A stretch of 64,000 bases of DNA from Octopus vulgaris (taxonomy: Eukaryota), in contig OX597833.1 in assembly GCA_951406725.2 (NCBI GenBank), positions 64,666,001-64,730,000 of the forward strand. The letters are read 5' to 3'. The notes below the pieces were generated by a model. That model did no database searches and was not told the origin of the DNA. It saw nothing but the letters and a program-made list of their open reading frames with translations. Below, piece after piece: positions 14,121-27,469 of the stretch. Position 1 is the stretch's first letter, and each line of letters opens with the position of its first letter. The position numbers and the translations under genes are program-made.

Positions 14121-14556
14121 TATATACCTATATGTATGTATACGTTGTGGGTGCCCACGCGAGAATTTCATTTCGCAATGTTATTCAGAGATGTATAGCT
14201 GTTTCTACATTTAATATATAAATGGCATTAGCTACATAGTCATGTAATTAATACATAAAGATACATTATTAAAGTAGCTGTATGCTGTCAACATAAAGTG
14301 AGAGTCCCATGAAGGATTATTATTTTCGAAAGTAAGACAGTTTCGGAGTTCAACGACCTGTTAAAAACAGAGTTCCTCGTGTTAAAACAAATACTTGAAT
14401 ATGCTGGAAAACTAATTAATATATTGAATGAAAAAAAAAAAAGTTGGGGCATTTGTTAGATATTTAATTTTATGTTGCATGTATTTCAGTGCGCTATAGG
14501 GAACTCGTTATGAATATAAACATTATTATTAATCACCATAGTAATATTATAAATAT

Positions 14557-14722
14557 GGAGTGGCTGTGTGGTAAGTAGATTGTCTACTAACCACATGGTT
14601 CCGGGTTCAATCGCACTGCGTTGCACCGTGGGCAAGTGTCTTCTACTATAGCCTCGGGCCGACCAATGCCTTGTGAGTGGATTTGGTAGACGGAAACTGA
14701 AAGAAGCACGTCGTATATATGG

Positions 14723-14794
<72 letters not shown>

Positions 14795-15017
14795 GTGCGT
14801 GTGTGTGTTGGTGTGTCTGTGTTTGTCCCCTAGCATTGCTTGACAACCGATGCTGGTGTGTTTATGTCCCCGTCACCTAGCGGTTCGGCAAAAGAGACCG
14901 ATAGAATAAGTACTGGGCTTACAAAAGAATAAGTCCCGGGGTCGAGTTGCTCGATTAAAGGCGGTGCTGCAGCATGGCCGCAGTCAAATGACTGAAACAA
15001 GTAAAAGAGTAAAGAGT
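14557..15017 (+). mobile_element. SINE family B with expanded internal (TA)n
   Basis: Aligns to 1486-1908. Confidence 0.9.
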
Positions 15018-15670
15018 ATATATTAATTAAGAAAATCTCACGTTTGTGATATGGGGTAGTAAAAAGTTGTAGATTATGTTCTTCGAAATATTTCCTGCAA
15101 TCTGTTGCAGACATCGGTTATAGATATGTTATTCATAATATATATATTTCATCGATGGATACGGACAAAGGTATACGAATTCACTACGAACCGTATCCTT
15201 GTAAAAGAATACTCGATTGTGGTATACGTGATTCCCTGTCAGTAAGATGAGATACAGCAGAGATCTTGAATTGGTTCCGATGTTTAGTCTGCTGGCTCAG
15301 CTCTTGTTCAGACCGATCTGGTTTACAGATATACATCGAGGAGTTATTCCATTACGAAGCTTATTGTATTTGATTTCCACAGACAGCTCTGTACAATATG
15401 GCGGTTTAGTTTGGAAAGTATGCACGCACTCACACATCAACAGACACCCGTGTACGCATACATGCAAAGAAATATATCTGAATATACACACACATATAAA
15501 CATAGACGCACAAACAGATACGCACACACATATTGACAATATGATATATGTGCACATATATATATATATATATAAACATATACATGCATAAACATATACA
15601 TATATATACAAATCCATATATGTATATATATACTTATATATATATATATATACACACACACATATGTACA

Positions 15671-15733
<63 letters not shown>

Positions 15734-16116
15734 TATATATATATATACACACACCCATATACATATATATATATACATACACACACACACACACATAGGT
15801 ATCTATATATATATACACATATGCATACATATATGTGTATGCGTGTGTTTAAGTTTGTGTATATTGTTGACAGTTTTTGTTAAGTTTCTGTGTCCGTGTT
15901 TTTATTCTTCATATGAAGAAGTCTTTTAAATTTTGTTTTCCAGATTCGTCTTCTTTGCTTCCTCTTTCATTTATTAAACACAAATAAGCTTTGGCAATTC
16001 TCATCACTTCTAAATAATGAACAACATACGAAAATCGTAATTTCTTTTGTAAACTGAGAGGACGATTATACATATTTGCTCAATAATAATCCGTAGTATT
16101 GTGTACATACACACAA

Positions 16117-16160
<44 letters not shown>

Positions 16161-16447
16161 GTATGTATATATATATATATGTATATATTTATATCTTTAC
16201 ATATATAAATATATATATATGTGTGTATATATATATATGTATATATATATGTATGTATATATATATATATGTATAAATATATGTATAAATATATGTATAT
16301 ATATATGTATATATGTGAATATATGTATATATATGTATATATATGTATATATATATATATACATACATATATGTATGTATATATGTATATATATGTATAT
16401 ATATATGTATGTATGTATGTATATATATATATATGCATATGTATATA

Positions 16448-16860
16448 CGTGGTCTGATCAATAAGTATCCAGACTGTTAGTATTGTAAGGAAACCAAAGG
16501 ATGGAAAGCAAAACCGCTTGGCACATATTAACCCTGAACCCTGCCTTGTATGTGCATTAAGTTTTAACGTTCTATGCCTCTTCTGCTGTTTACGACAGTG
16601 CTTGGAAGGAAGCTCAGTAAATTGTGATCGTCGCCTTAACTGAGCTGAGCTGAGAATCTGCATTAGATTTGACCAAAAGCTTGGTGATAACCGCTCAGAT
16701 GTCTACGCAAAGTTATCAAGAACTTTCCATCGTTCTCGACACAATCTTGTACAACAGAAACCCGAGTGACTTTTTTTTTGTCGGATGAATGCAGTTTTGG
16801 CGCAAACTTGCCAGAGACGCATCTCATATCTAAATCTTCAGTGACAATCGACTGAACCTA
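16448..16860. mobile_element. Mariner remnant (second family) with internal inversion
   Basis: TA + CGTGGTCTGATCAATAAGTATCC TIR-like end. Plus strand [12 protein letters not shown] (N-terminus); minus strand VQSIVTEDLDMRCVSGKFAPKL (WVPxxL region). Confidence 0.7.
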
Positions 16861-17451
16861 AAGGTAACCTATCTTCCCGTCTTGTTATAGCTCACGGATG
16901 GTGATGTTGTTACTGCTGTTATTTAGATGTAGGTAAACGCTGACAGAACAAAACTCAACGTCAACCCTACTAGGCATCTACTAACAACCCACATACCGTG
17001 TATCCAGGACTATATTATGCTTACATCCCATATAGTTGGTAATGGACAACCCTGAAATTGCTGGCTTCGTGTTAAAAATGGAAAAAGATGATTATTGGTG
17101 CAAAGGTCTGTTTGTTTACGCCACATGTTGGACTTCCTCATGCGTTCTTCGTTTCAAATATCCTTAGTGGGGTCTATTGTGCTGGATCATATAGAAGTAG
17201 ACATTTACCCAATGGGGCATCTATAGGACTGAACTCTGAATCACGTGGTTGCAAAGCGTTCATTTTAATCGCACAGCCATACCGACACTTATATATTTTC
17301 TATTAAATCCGTTTGACTGTAGTTTGAGTGAGATAGGCATTATTATAACGGCCACGCTGGAGCAGGACCATAATTGTTGAACACTCTGTGTCACTTGGAT
17401 AGTCTTTGTGCACATCTACGAGGACCAGTCATACAATAGGTTACCTGAAAT

Positions 17452-18103
17452 AAGGCGGCAAGCTGGCAGAAAGGTTAGCACGCCGTGCGAAATGCTTAGC
17501 AGTATTTCGTCTGCCGCTACGTTCTGAGTTCAAATTCCGCCGAGGTCCTCTTTGCCTTTCATCCTTTCGGGGTCGATAAATTAAGTACCAGTTACGCACT
17601 GGGGTCGATGCAATCGACTTAATCCGTTTGTCTGTCCTTGTTTGTCCTCTCTGTGTTTAGGCCCTTGTGGGTAGTAAAGAAATAGGTATTTCGTCTGCCG
17701 TTACGCTGAGTTCAAATTCCGCCGAGGTCGACTTTGCCTTCGATTTGATTTCCTTAATCGACTTAATCCCTTTGTCTGTCCTTGTTTGTCTCTTCTGTGT
17801 TTAGTGGGTAGTAAAGAAATAGGTATTTCGTCTGCCGTTACGCTGAGTTCAAATTCCGCCGAGGTCGACTTTGCCTTCGATTTGATTTCCTTAATCGACT
17901 TAATCCCTTTGTCTGTCCTTGTTTGTCCTCTCTGTGTTTAGCCCCTTGTGGGTAGTAAAGAAATAGGTATTTCGTCTGCCGTTACGCTGAGTTCAAATTC
18001 CGCCGAGGTCGACTTTGCCTTCGATTTGATTTCCTTAATCGACTTAATCCCTTTGTCTGTCCTTGTTTGTCTCTTCTGTGTTTAGCCCCTTGTGGGTAGT
18101 AAA
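17452..18103 (+). mobile_element. SINE family C: one head plus 4 tandem body units
   Basis: Units start at 17501, 17685, 17822 and 17966; junction GTAAAGAAATA|GGTATTTC; B box GAGTTCAAATTCC in each unit. Confidence 0.9.
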
Positions 18104-18800
18104 CATTTTTTTTAAATAGGTTAGTTGAGAGCACGTTACATCTCCAGTTCGTATGTGCATGCAGTATTTTGCAGATAGCGGGTACAAGATGCTAACAAAA
18201 AGAAACACAAAAAAACGGAGATAAAGAAATCGTATCACTATCGTGATATCTACTTTCCAGTAACGATGGATATGTTACCCCGATTTTATAGCATAACTGT
18301 TATAAAAATTGCGAACATTTAATGGATGCACTTTTGCTGTTTAAATTCCTAATGCAGGAGAAAAAGGGCGTCTTCAGATCTGACAATACGATCCTTTGTT
18401 CTCGCTTATTTCCTCTTACTCTCCTCTTTCGAATCTTAGTGAGTGTGTGTTTCGATGTAGCTAGGGAGCGATGATCGAAAATAACTTAGAGAAGTCGTTG
18501 AAACTTGATTCCGTTTAGACAATTTCTGTCAAGGTGTAAACGTCTAAATTGTTCCTCCGTTGTTATAACTTAAAGGCTCTCAATAAACTTTGAAATGGTT
18601 CCCTTCTTGATGACAGCGAAGCTTTATATTTCATTCTGTATTGTATTTGCACTAAAATGTAAAGATGCCATCCTCCCATAAAAAAGCATACATACACTCA
18701 TCTACATACATATATATATATATACATATGAATATTCATGGCTTTATATAGATAGATGAAACGATTAGTAGAAAGAGGCATATGTATCTGTCTCTCTATC

Positions 18801-18878
<78 letters not shown>

Positions 18879-18886
18879 AATCTATC

Positions 18887-18927
<41 letters not shown>

Positions 18928-18991
18928 GTAAGGATAGCGAAAATATATGCACACATATACACACACACAAACATATATATACACATTTGTA

Positions 18992-19028
<37 letters not shown>

Positions 19029-19083
19029 GGGTGTGTGTGTGTGTAGTTTCTATTTTCTTTTTGAAGCATATTTCTATTTATGA

Positions 19084-19159
<76 letters not shown>

Positions 19160-20115
19160 CGAGAGAGGAAGAGGGAGAGAGAGAGAGAGAGAGACAGTAT
19201 ATTTGGTAGGTATAGATATACTTTCCAAATATTACCATAAAATACTCTGGATAAATAAAAAAAAATTCATATCTTTGATAATTCAATATATGCTCGATGT
19301 GTATATAGTGGTGCATAGTGGTGCATAGTGGTGCATAGTGAATAAAACCCCGAAGCTCATACAAACCTACTCTCATAAACGTACGCTCGCTGACACATGC
19401 GTATACACACGTCTGCGCAGCCGCACACAAGCTACTGTAGGATGGATTTTCATTGCTCTGCCAGAGTTTTCAACGAACAATTCAGAATATACATTAGCAT
19501 TAAACCGTCTTATATATTTAGTGTTTCTTCAGCTGTTATAAAAACATCTGCTATTTAGAACACCCTGCGCTTTTTAAACTAGGATTTTACGATCTCTTGA
19601 CACTACGGATCTTCCTTAAAAATAAGAGTAACGTTCGCGTTCTTTACCGTTCTTAGTATCGTCCATAAACCTTACACTTTATCGTTGGCATGTATATCTA
19701 ATGAATGCCCTGTAATTCACAGAAGATAACGAATTGATATTCTTACAGCGAGCATTTTTTTCCTTTAAATATATTTGTATTGAAGCAGATTCTGGGGATT
19801 ATAATAAACCATACTTTATAGTTATATATGTAACTTTATGTTCCCTGTTCTTTTCCCTTACTATTATATGGATGTATCGCATCTGATTCTAAATTTGACT
19901 TCAGTACTTCGTGCTAGCATCACGTAATGCATCTTTCTTTAGAAGTAACCAAGTGAAAATTTTATTAGATTTTTGAATATACATACACATATACATTTAC
20001 GCACAAATAAATACGCACGTACGGTAAAATAGAATGATGGTGCATCATTTGGGATTCTAATCCTGAGGATTTGCTGGTATTTGTTAGCATTCTACCTGGG
20101 GTTCTAGAGTATTAA

Positions 20116-20345
20116 TACTCTTTTTTACTCTTTTACTCATTTACTTGTTTCATCATTTGACTGCGGCCATGCTGGAGCACCGCTTTTAGACGAGCAGATC
20201 GACTCCAGGACTTATTCTTTGGAAGCCGAGTACTTGTTCTATCGGTTCTTTTGCCGAACCGCTAAGTTACGGGGACTAAAACACACCACCATCGGTTTTC
20301 AAGCGATTTGGGGGGCAAATACACACAAAACATATACACACACAT
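20116..20345 (-). mobile_element. SINE family B, 3' half
   Basis: Aligns to the family B tail and body. Confidence 0.85.
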
Positions 20346-20353
20346 ACATATAA

Positions 20354-20417
20354 TTTTGGTCGAACTGGTGACTATGTAGTCCTAAGATATATCCTAGACG
20401 TAGCCGCCTATCCTAGG
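20354..20417 (+). repeat. ~60-bp dispersed direct repeat (second copy 22505-22563)
   Basis: TTTTGGTCGAAC.GGTGAC.ATGTAGTCCTAAGATATATCCTAGA shared by both copies. Confidence 0.85.
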
Positions 20418-21971
20418 ACAGCCCTCATCTAAGAGACATACCCGGGTGTGCTGAAACGTTCTTGGCATTAAGTGTATCGGGGAAGACCTGGTTGGAGACC
20501 CAAATTTGAGAGTTATTTTACAAGGTGGACATGTAGAGCACTATTTCATTATTTTTAGAAATCTTGAACATGATTTAAATCGTAACTTATTATTTAGATA
20601 TACGACCGAGAGACATCTCAATAATTTCTGAATGAAAATATCGAGGAAATTCATGAACTAATAATTCTCTTCATAGAACATTCATATCTTAGGAATTGAA
20701 AGGATAATAGAAGGCTCTCATCGTTTACGTAAAGAGTAAATGTAGAGGGCGGTTTGTAGGGAACTTCTAGCTCGTATACAAAATCTTTCAGTAGCCAGTT
20801 GGTTCAAAGTGAGCTACAAACAATTTAGCAAATTGTTTTCGATATATTGCTGTATGCATAAAATTCGTTCCATGCTGGCAAGCTCCATAGGCTACCTTTC
20901 GAGCACACGAATGAACAACCACTCATAAACATATAACCGACTTTGTCATAGCGAAATATTTAAAGAAGATTGTCGTGAAGTCATAGCTACAAATGTTCAA
21001 ATACATTCAGCGCCCTCTGGCGTACCGTCTTAATACAAGGGAGATAATTATCCACACAAAACACGAGGCGGGATTAGAAATTCAAATTGAAATTTAGAAT
21101 TATTCTTTTATCTACTTTATCCAAAACTTGCAGAGGAAGTTAGATAGATGAAAACTCGGTCTTGGCAGCAAGAACTTTTCCAAAACCTGACGTAAAACAT
21201 TTTTCACGTGGCCTGTATTCTACATGAAACACAAATGCAACCTCAACAAAAATTTTGCCAATTTCGCATAACATGCATTTGGTAGCCACTTATGGGGTAT
21301 AGCATGACATTATTTTTACACGCAATGGTTCGTGATACACAATCAGCAATTGTTCACCAGGAATGAGATATACATTGAAGCAAATAAATTTGCAGCGAAG
21401 TTGCATAAGCTGTGAAATTCGCCATTGATTAAAATGAATGGCGTACATGGCTTACATGTATCGGTGCATCGAAATACTCAACAGCTGTTACAATTGACCG
21501 GCTTTGCTAGAGCTAAATGTCAAGTGTTGTTACGTTTTTCTGTAACGTAGAGACTTTGTGTTTCTGCAACTTTGTGCGTACGTATGTGTGTTTGCGTACG
21601 TCTGTGTAGGTCTTTGTATGTTTTTGACTCAGAGTGTGTGAGCATGCGTGTTGGTTGCACATCCGTTCATGCCTATTGTCCGTACATCGAACGCTGTTCA
21701 GAACAAACAACGCGCCATATTCATCGTAAAGTTACTTGCTATGTTTTGCCAGCCAGTTTCCCTTTGAAGCCGTTTCCATGTATTGCCATTTTCGCACATT
21801 TAAATTATTTACAACAGTACGTTCGCTTTGAATCAGTACAAACGTTTCTTTGTTCCTACTGTTTGTATGCATATATATTTAATTCGATATCACACAATGC
21901 TTTCAAATATACCACCGTCGCCACCGTCGTCAAAACATTTGTCATTTACATGTCTGTACGTATACCTACAA

Positions 21972-22002
<31 letters not shown>

Positions 22003-22095
22003 TACGCAAACACACACATACTTGTATCTATGTATATGTGTGTTTGTGTGTCAGCGTGTTTCTAAATATTAGTATATCTATATCTATATCTATAC

Positions 22096-22147
<52 letters not shown>

Positions 22148-22286
22148 ATTTATATATATATAGATAGATATAGATATATATTGTATATATATATATATAT
22201 TTGTATATATACATAACTACAAATACCTATGTATAATACGCATAAATATGAGTGTATGTGTGTCTATAAAATATATATATGTATAC

Positions 22287-22329
<43 letters not shown>

Positions 22330-22330
22330 C

Positions 22331-22384
<54 letters not shown>

Positions 22385-22776
22385 GTATCCGTATATATGT
22401 ATAATCACGCCAATATATATGTATGCTTATGAACATGTGTATCCATTAAGATAATTAATTTCGTAATTTTGTCATTATTTCTGTAATTTGTTGAAGTATA
22501 TCTTTTTGGTCGAACCGGTGACAATGTAGTCCTAAGATATATCCTAGATATAGCACCCTATCCTTCCGTACACTTTATAACCTACCGTAATAAAAACGAA
22601 ATTAGTAGGTTACTCGACACAAGAGGCACTTTTTGCTTGTTGTATCTTCTAAAATTACGGAGATGTACTTGCATAGCAAGTGACTTGGTCTGAGATTCTG
22701 TGCTGGAACGAAAACAATTGTAGCATTTAAGAAACACACAAAAACCGTTAGATTCACTTCAACATTTAAATTTAAT

Positions 22777-22825
22777 TTGTCAAAATATTTTCGTCGCTTT
22801 GAGATCGCGACCTGTTCACTGACAA
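22777..22825 (-). ncRNA. Minimal type I hammerhead ribozyme-like motif, G3-C8 core variant
   Basis: Minus strand: TTGTCA-GTGAACA-G-GTCGC(GATCTCAAA)GCGAC-GAAA-ATATTT-TGACAA; 6-bp stem I, 5-bp stem II, palindromic stem III AATATT. Confidence 0.7.
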
Positions 22826-23306
22826 TATTCCATGCCGTATCTTCTAAAAATGGTAACGAAATATCCCTTTCTTCATTCCTTATTGACACACACTAAAATC
22901 TCTATAACGTCGTACCGTTTGGTAGAAACAGCTGTCAAGCCTTCATCGAATATCCTGCTCCTTCTTTTTAAGACATCAAGTATAGGAATATTGATTATGA
23001 TATTGGAGAAACCATTTCTTGGAATTCCTAGGAATTAATTTCTTATGGAATATACGATCTGACTTAAAATTATTAAAATGATCTTGGTAAGTAAGTCGAT
23101 TAATATGTATGAATTTTCATCACTTGATGGTAGGATATGATTAAAACTGATAAGAAAAATAATATTTGAATTAATAGCTCTAGTGATGCAGGCAAGTTTA
23201 AATACATATAAGGATTACAATAGAGAGGGTTTTAAATTCGAAATAAAGTACATTGTGCTTATTAGCATTTAAAACGAAAATTTAAATGAGCTAAGTTTGT
23301 ATTATA

Positions 23307-24339
23307 CGAGGTGGTATCAAAAGGTTCCCGGACAAGTTATGTTTATTTACCTAAGTTTCATGTACCTTCTCGAGCTATGCCAGGCTCATAAGGGCCGGTT
23401 CCCCGGTTTCAGTGGCGTAGAAATTCCCCACCTGGACGGGACCCCGGCCCGTCACAGGATTACTCATTTTTGCCAGCTGAGTGGACTGGAGCAACGTGAA
23501 ATGAAGTGTTTTGCTCAAGAACACAACGCATTGCCCGGTCCAGGAATCGAAACCACAACCTTACGATCATGAGTTCAACACCTTAACCACTAAGCCACGC
23601 GCCTCCGCACCTAAATTTTAATATCCTACATTTTCCGTAAGTGAGTTGATGATTTTCCGAGATACGCTCTTGATCTCGACAACGGTGTTAAGACGGTGAC
23701 ATTTTTGCTGTATTTCTATGTTGGAGAAGAGACGGAAATCCGCAGATGCTATATCTGGCGAATAGGACGGGTGCGAAAGCAATGTCATGTTTTTAGTCGA
23801 GAAACTCACGAGTGAGGAGAACACGGTGACAGGGAACATTGTCGTCTTGAAGAATCCAATTCTTTGCGCTCCACAGAACCGTCGCTTTCTCCGAATGTTC
23901 TCCCTCAAACACGTAAAAACTTCTTTGCTTGTCCGGCGACGATCCTCATGCCCAAGCCGATGGATTTATTTTTCCACTCCCGTGGCAGCTCTTCCAGATT
24001 GCTCATCATCTTCTTGGGATGATCTTCCACTTTTGAATGACATGTACCACACGAAACATTGCCTCAACCCGCTAAGCTTGCCAAAGCATTCCCAATGTCA
24101 CTGTAGCAGACTCCTCAAGTTTAAAGCAAAATTTCACGTTGGATCTCTGTTCCAACCTCTTCTCTATGCATACACGTGATCGCAAATACACAGATTTTAC
24201 AACTTAGCGAAGTAAACACAGCGACGTTGCTCGGCACACTGCTTCATGAAGGTCACAACTAGCTCTCACTACGCACACAAACGTGTGCTGTTGTCTATTG
24301 GCGCAACAGAACAAGTTCCAGGCTTTTTGATAAATCTCA
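23307..24339 (-). mobile_element. Deleted mariner transposon, same family as 11849-12709, interrupted by a SINE
   Basis: Same TIR CGAGGTGGTATCAAAAGGTTC with TA flanks; minus ORF contains HPSYSPDIASADFRLF. Confidence 0.9.
23359..23608 (-). mobile_element. tRNA-derived SINE, family E, nested in mariner
   Basis: Head GGAGGCGCGTGGCTTAGTGG...GTTTCGATTCC; V-domain-like CCTGTGACGG...CCCGTCCAGG; TSD ACCTAA(G/A)TTT at 23349-23358 and 23609-23618. Confidence 0.85.
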
Positions 24340-24816
24340 TATAATGAATATATTTCTTCCCTTCAACCAGCAGTTTTTCTCTTCCATTATTCCTCGGAGC
24401 GTCGTCGGTGTAAATTGCTTAGTGACCCCCTCTATAGGACATCATCAGAAGCATAGAAAAGTGGTCTGCTCAATGTTGGTCGTGGCATTCTTGTGGTATG
24501 TCCCTACTTACCTTCTCTGCATAGATGGTCTTGCGAAGTTTTAAAAGAAGGCTGTCGCCTGGTGGGCTGTGCTCCCTCAAGCTTCACGGTGAGTAGCTGG
24601 AAGAGACCTCTGGTGGTGAGCAATATTGCAGAATCAGAGAAATATCTTTCTGATATCCTTCACCCTTTCCCTCGGTGCTTATCTATCACGGTTACCAGAA
24701 CAAACTTTTGAAGCTCTCTCTCTCTCTCACACACACACACACATACACGCACTCACACACTCACACACACATAAACTTGTATATCTAGTGTTCATGCATA
24801 TAGTATTTCATGTATC

Positions 24817-24940
24817 TCGGTTTCAGTCCCACTGCGTGGCACCTTGGGCAGGTGTCTTCTACTATAGCCTCGAGCCGACCAAAGTCGTATGAGTGGATTT
24901 GGTAGACGGAAACAGAAAGAAGCTCGTCGTATATATGTAT

Positions 24941-24971
<31 letters not shown>

Positions 24972-25187
24972 CATGCGTTTGCGTGTCTGTGTTTGACCCA
25001 CCAAATCGCTTGACAACCGATGGTTGGTGTGCTTGCGACCCCATAACTTAGCGGTTTGGCAAAAGAGACCAATATAATAAGTACTAGGCTTCCAAATAAT
25101 ATGCCCTGGGGGCGATTTGCTCGACTAAATGCGGTGCTCCAGCATGGCTGCAATCAAATGACTGAAACAAGTAAAAGAGTAAAAGAG
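24817..25187 (+). mobile_element. SINE family B, 5'-truncated
   Basis: Aligns from the B box to the GTAAAAGAG tail. Confidence 0.88.
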
Positions 25188-25801
25188 CTGTTACCAATGG
25201 ATATCAACATAATATGATGTGGTTTGCCAAAACGCGTACTCACACTTGAAGCTGCTATTTTGCAATTAAGCATAGAAATTAGGGACTAAAAATACGCATT
25301 AAGGGACTTCAAAAAGACATAAGCTATGTGTCTGAGTGCGTGTTATTAAATTCGTAAATGGATTTTGTCTAGATATTATCATGAACCTACCATAAAAATA
25401 ATTTTATAAGCAAGATAGCATTTCCACTGGCATACTGGCATTGCTTATTTCGGTAATAACATCTCTTGCTTGGAATATATTCCCTGAGAAAGAAGAATTC
25501 TTGGACGTTTGAAAACGCACTTCGTTCGGTAATATTTATCGATCCTGTGATCGGCCGTTGTTGTTTTGCTCTAAATCGGTTAACAAGGAACAGACACTTG
25601 ATCAAAATCTAATGATCAAAAACATACGAAGGAACGACTATTGATTAACGATTTATGATCAAAGACGAACAGGGAAATCCTTACGATTGGAAACGATGTG
25701 ATGAAAGAGTTATGATCAAAGACATATAATAAAAGATTTACGAACAAATATATATGATCAAAGACTTATAAAAAAAGAAGGAATCCTATACATAACTATA
25801 C

Positions 25802-25943
<142 letters not shown>

Positions 25944-26576
25944 ATATATATATATAATATATTTTTTTTTTTATATTTTTTTTTTTTTTTTTATATAGTC
26001 ATATACATTTTTTTTTGCGTAATAAGTCATGTGCTCGTGAATATACCGTTCAAAAGCCCACTCCAATTTCATAGATATTTCGCTGTTATTTCTAAACAAA
26101 GAGAATGAACCACTTAGAACCGGGTGCTTTTATTTTTTTGCGCTTATCATTATTTCGTTGTCGGAGACTGTATTGATTCGGCATAGATCTTGGCATTCCA
26201 TGGCGTTTCTATTAAAATTATAGACCCTAAAATCGTGATATTAAACTTGGGTTACAGAAAGCAATTAAGCGATATCTGTGTGAACCGTGTGTGAACATTG
26301 CTATTTCGGATTTTGTCTTTAAATCTGGCAGATTTCCATCTGTATTTATTTATCTTGTTTGTTTTTGTCTTTTTTTTGTGTGTGTGTCATTTTGTTTTTT
26401 CTCTTTTAAATGTTTATTTTTATTTATGCATTTTCTTTTTTTCATAACATTTAGAAAAGTTGAAAGAGTTTGTATTAAAAGAATAATTACATTGCTAAGG
26501 GACCCCCTGATACGAATGTATATATACGTAAGTACGTACATACATACATACATACATAAATACATACATACATACA

Positions 26577-26608
<32 letters not shown>

Positions 26609-26693
26609 CATATACACATATATACAAGCATATATACAGACAAACACACACATGAGTATCTGAAAAAAAGTATATATATATATATTATATATA

Positions 26694-26808
<115 letters not shown>

Positions 26809-26824
26809 CCCAGACCTTGTGCAG

Positions 26825-26983
26825 TGAAGGCGCATGGCTCAGTGGTTAGAGCGTCGAGCTTACGATCGTGACGCTGTGAGTTCGAATCCCTGACCGGGCT
26901 GTGTGTTGTGAGCAAGACATTTTATTTCACGTTGCTCCAGTTCACTCAGCTGTAGTCATGAGTTGCGACGTTACAGGTGCCAG
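26825..26983 (+). mobile_element. SINE family E-type head/body fragment
   Basis: TGGCTCAGTGG A box, GAGTTCGAATCC B box, and TTTCACGTTGCTCCAG shared with 23359-23608. Confidence 0.75.
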
Positions 26984-26984
26984 G

Positions 26985-27112
26985 TTCGACATTTCCCCAA
27001 GACACATCATGAAGTCTGGAGGGTGGATCAGCCGAAACGTTGTGTTAACAATAAACAAGATGAGGAGAAATATCCGTCAAATGTAAATAATGTACGTAAT
27101 TCCTCATCTCTT
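26985..27112 (+). mobile_element. Penelope-like fragment with decayed hammerhead motif
   Basis: ACAC-ATCATGA-A-GTCTG(...)CAGCC-GAAA-CGTT-GTGT followed by AATAAA; homologous to 62360-62505 (-). Confidence 0.6.
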
Positions 27113-27469
27113 CTTGATAAATGATGAAAGCAAACAACAAGCTGCTTAAAGTATTGCAGCGTTACCATGAGTATTTCGATAAGCATCTTGTGGAATAATG
27201 ATAATTGCTTTTATGATGTAATGATAATATAATAATAATTACTTGTAAATATTGAAAGTTTTATAATCACTAATATAATGATTTCTTAAATATATTATTC
27301 AGATTTTAACTTAAATACCTTCGACTATAATTAAAACATTAATTGTAGCAGTAAAAGTACGGGATATGTCTTTGCGTCCTTCCTGCTGTCATATGTCTTT
27401 GCGTCATTCCTGGTTGACAATATTAACTGTGAAATTCACGAGTCCATTTGGCGCTCAGCCAAGTATATA

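Noticed and set aside
17452-18103. CRISPR-like appearance of the tandem arrays
   Set aside because: Whole units repeat with no unique spacers, there are no cas genes, and the context is eukaryotic.
19305-19340. (ATAGTGGTGC)3 short tandem repeat; similar small duplications at 27364 and 53695
   Set aside because: Ordinary slippage duplications.
21150-21480. Possible piggyBac transposase remnant on the minus strand (PGEQLLI, KCMLCE)
   Set aside because: Two short motifs without a clean continuous frame; no TTAA-flanked TIRs seen.
24512-24596. Candidate 85-nt minus-strand exon (TCTCTTCCAG ... AAG|GTAAGT, LLTVKLEGAQPTRRQPSF)
   Set aside because: Isolated, with no partner exons, and the peptide also resembles a decayed RTE C-terminus; needs RNA-seq.
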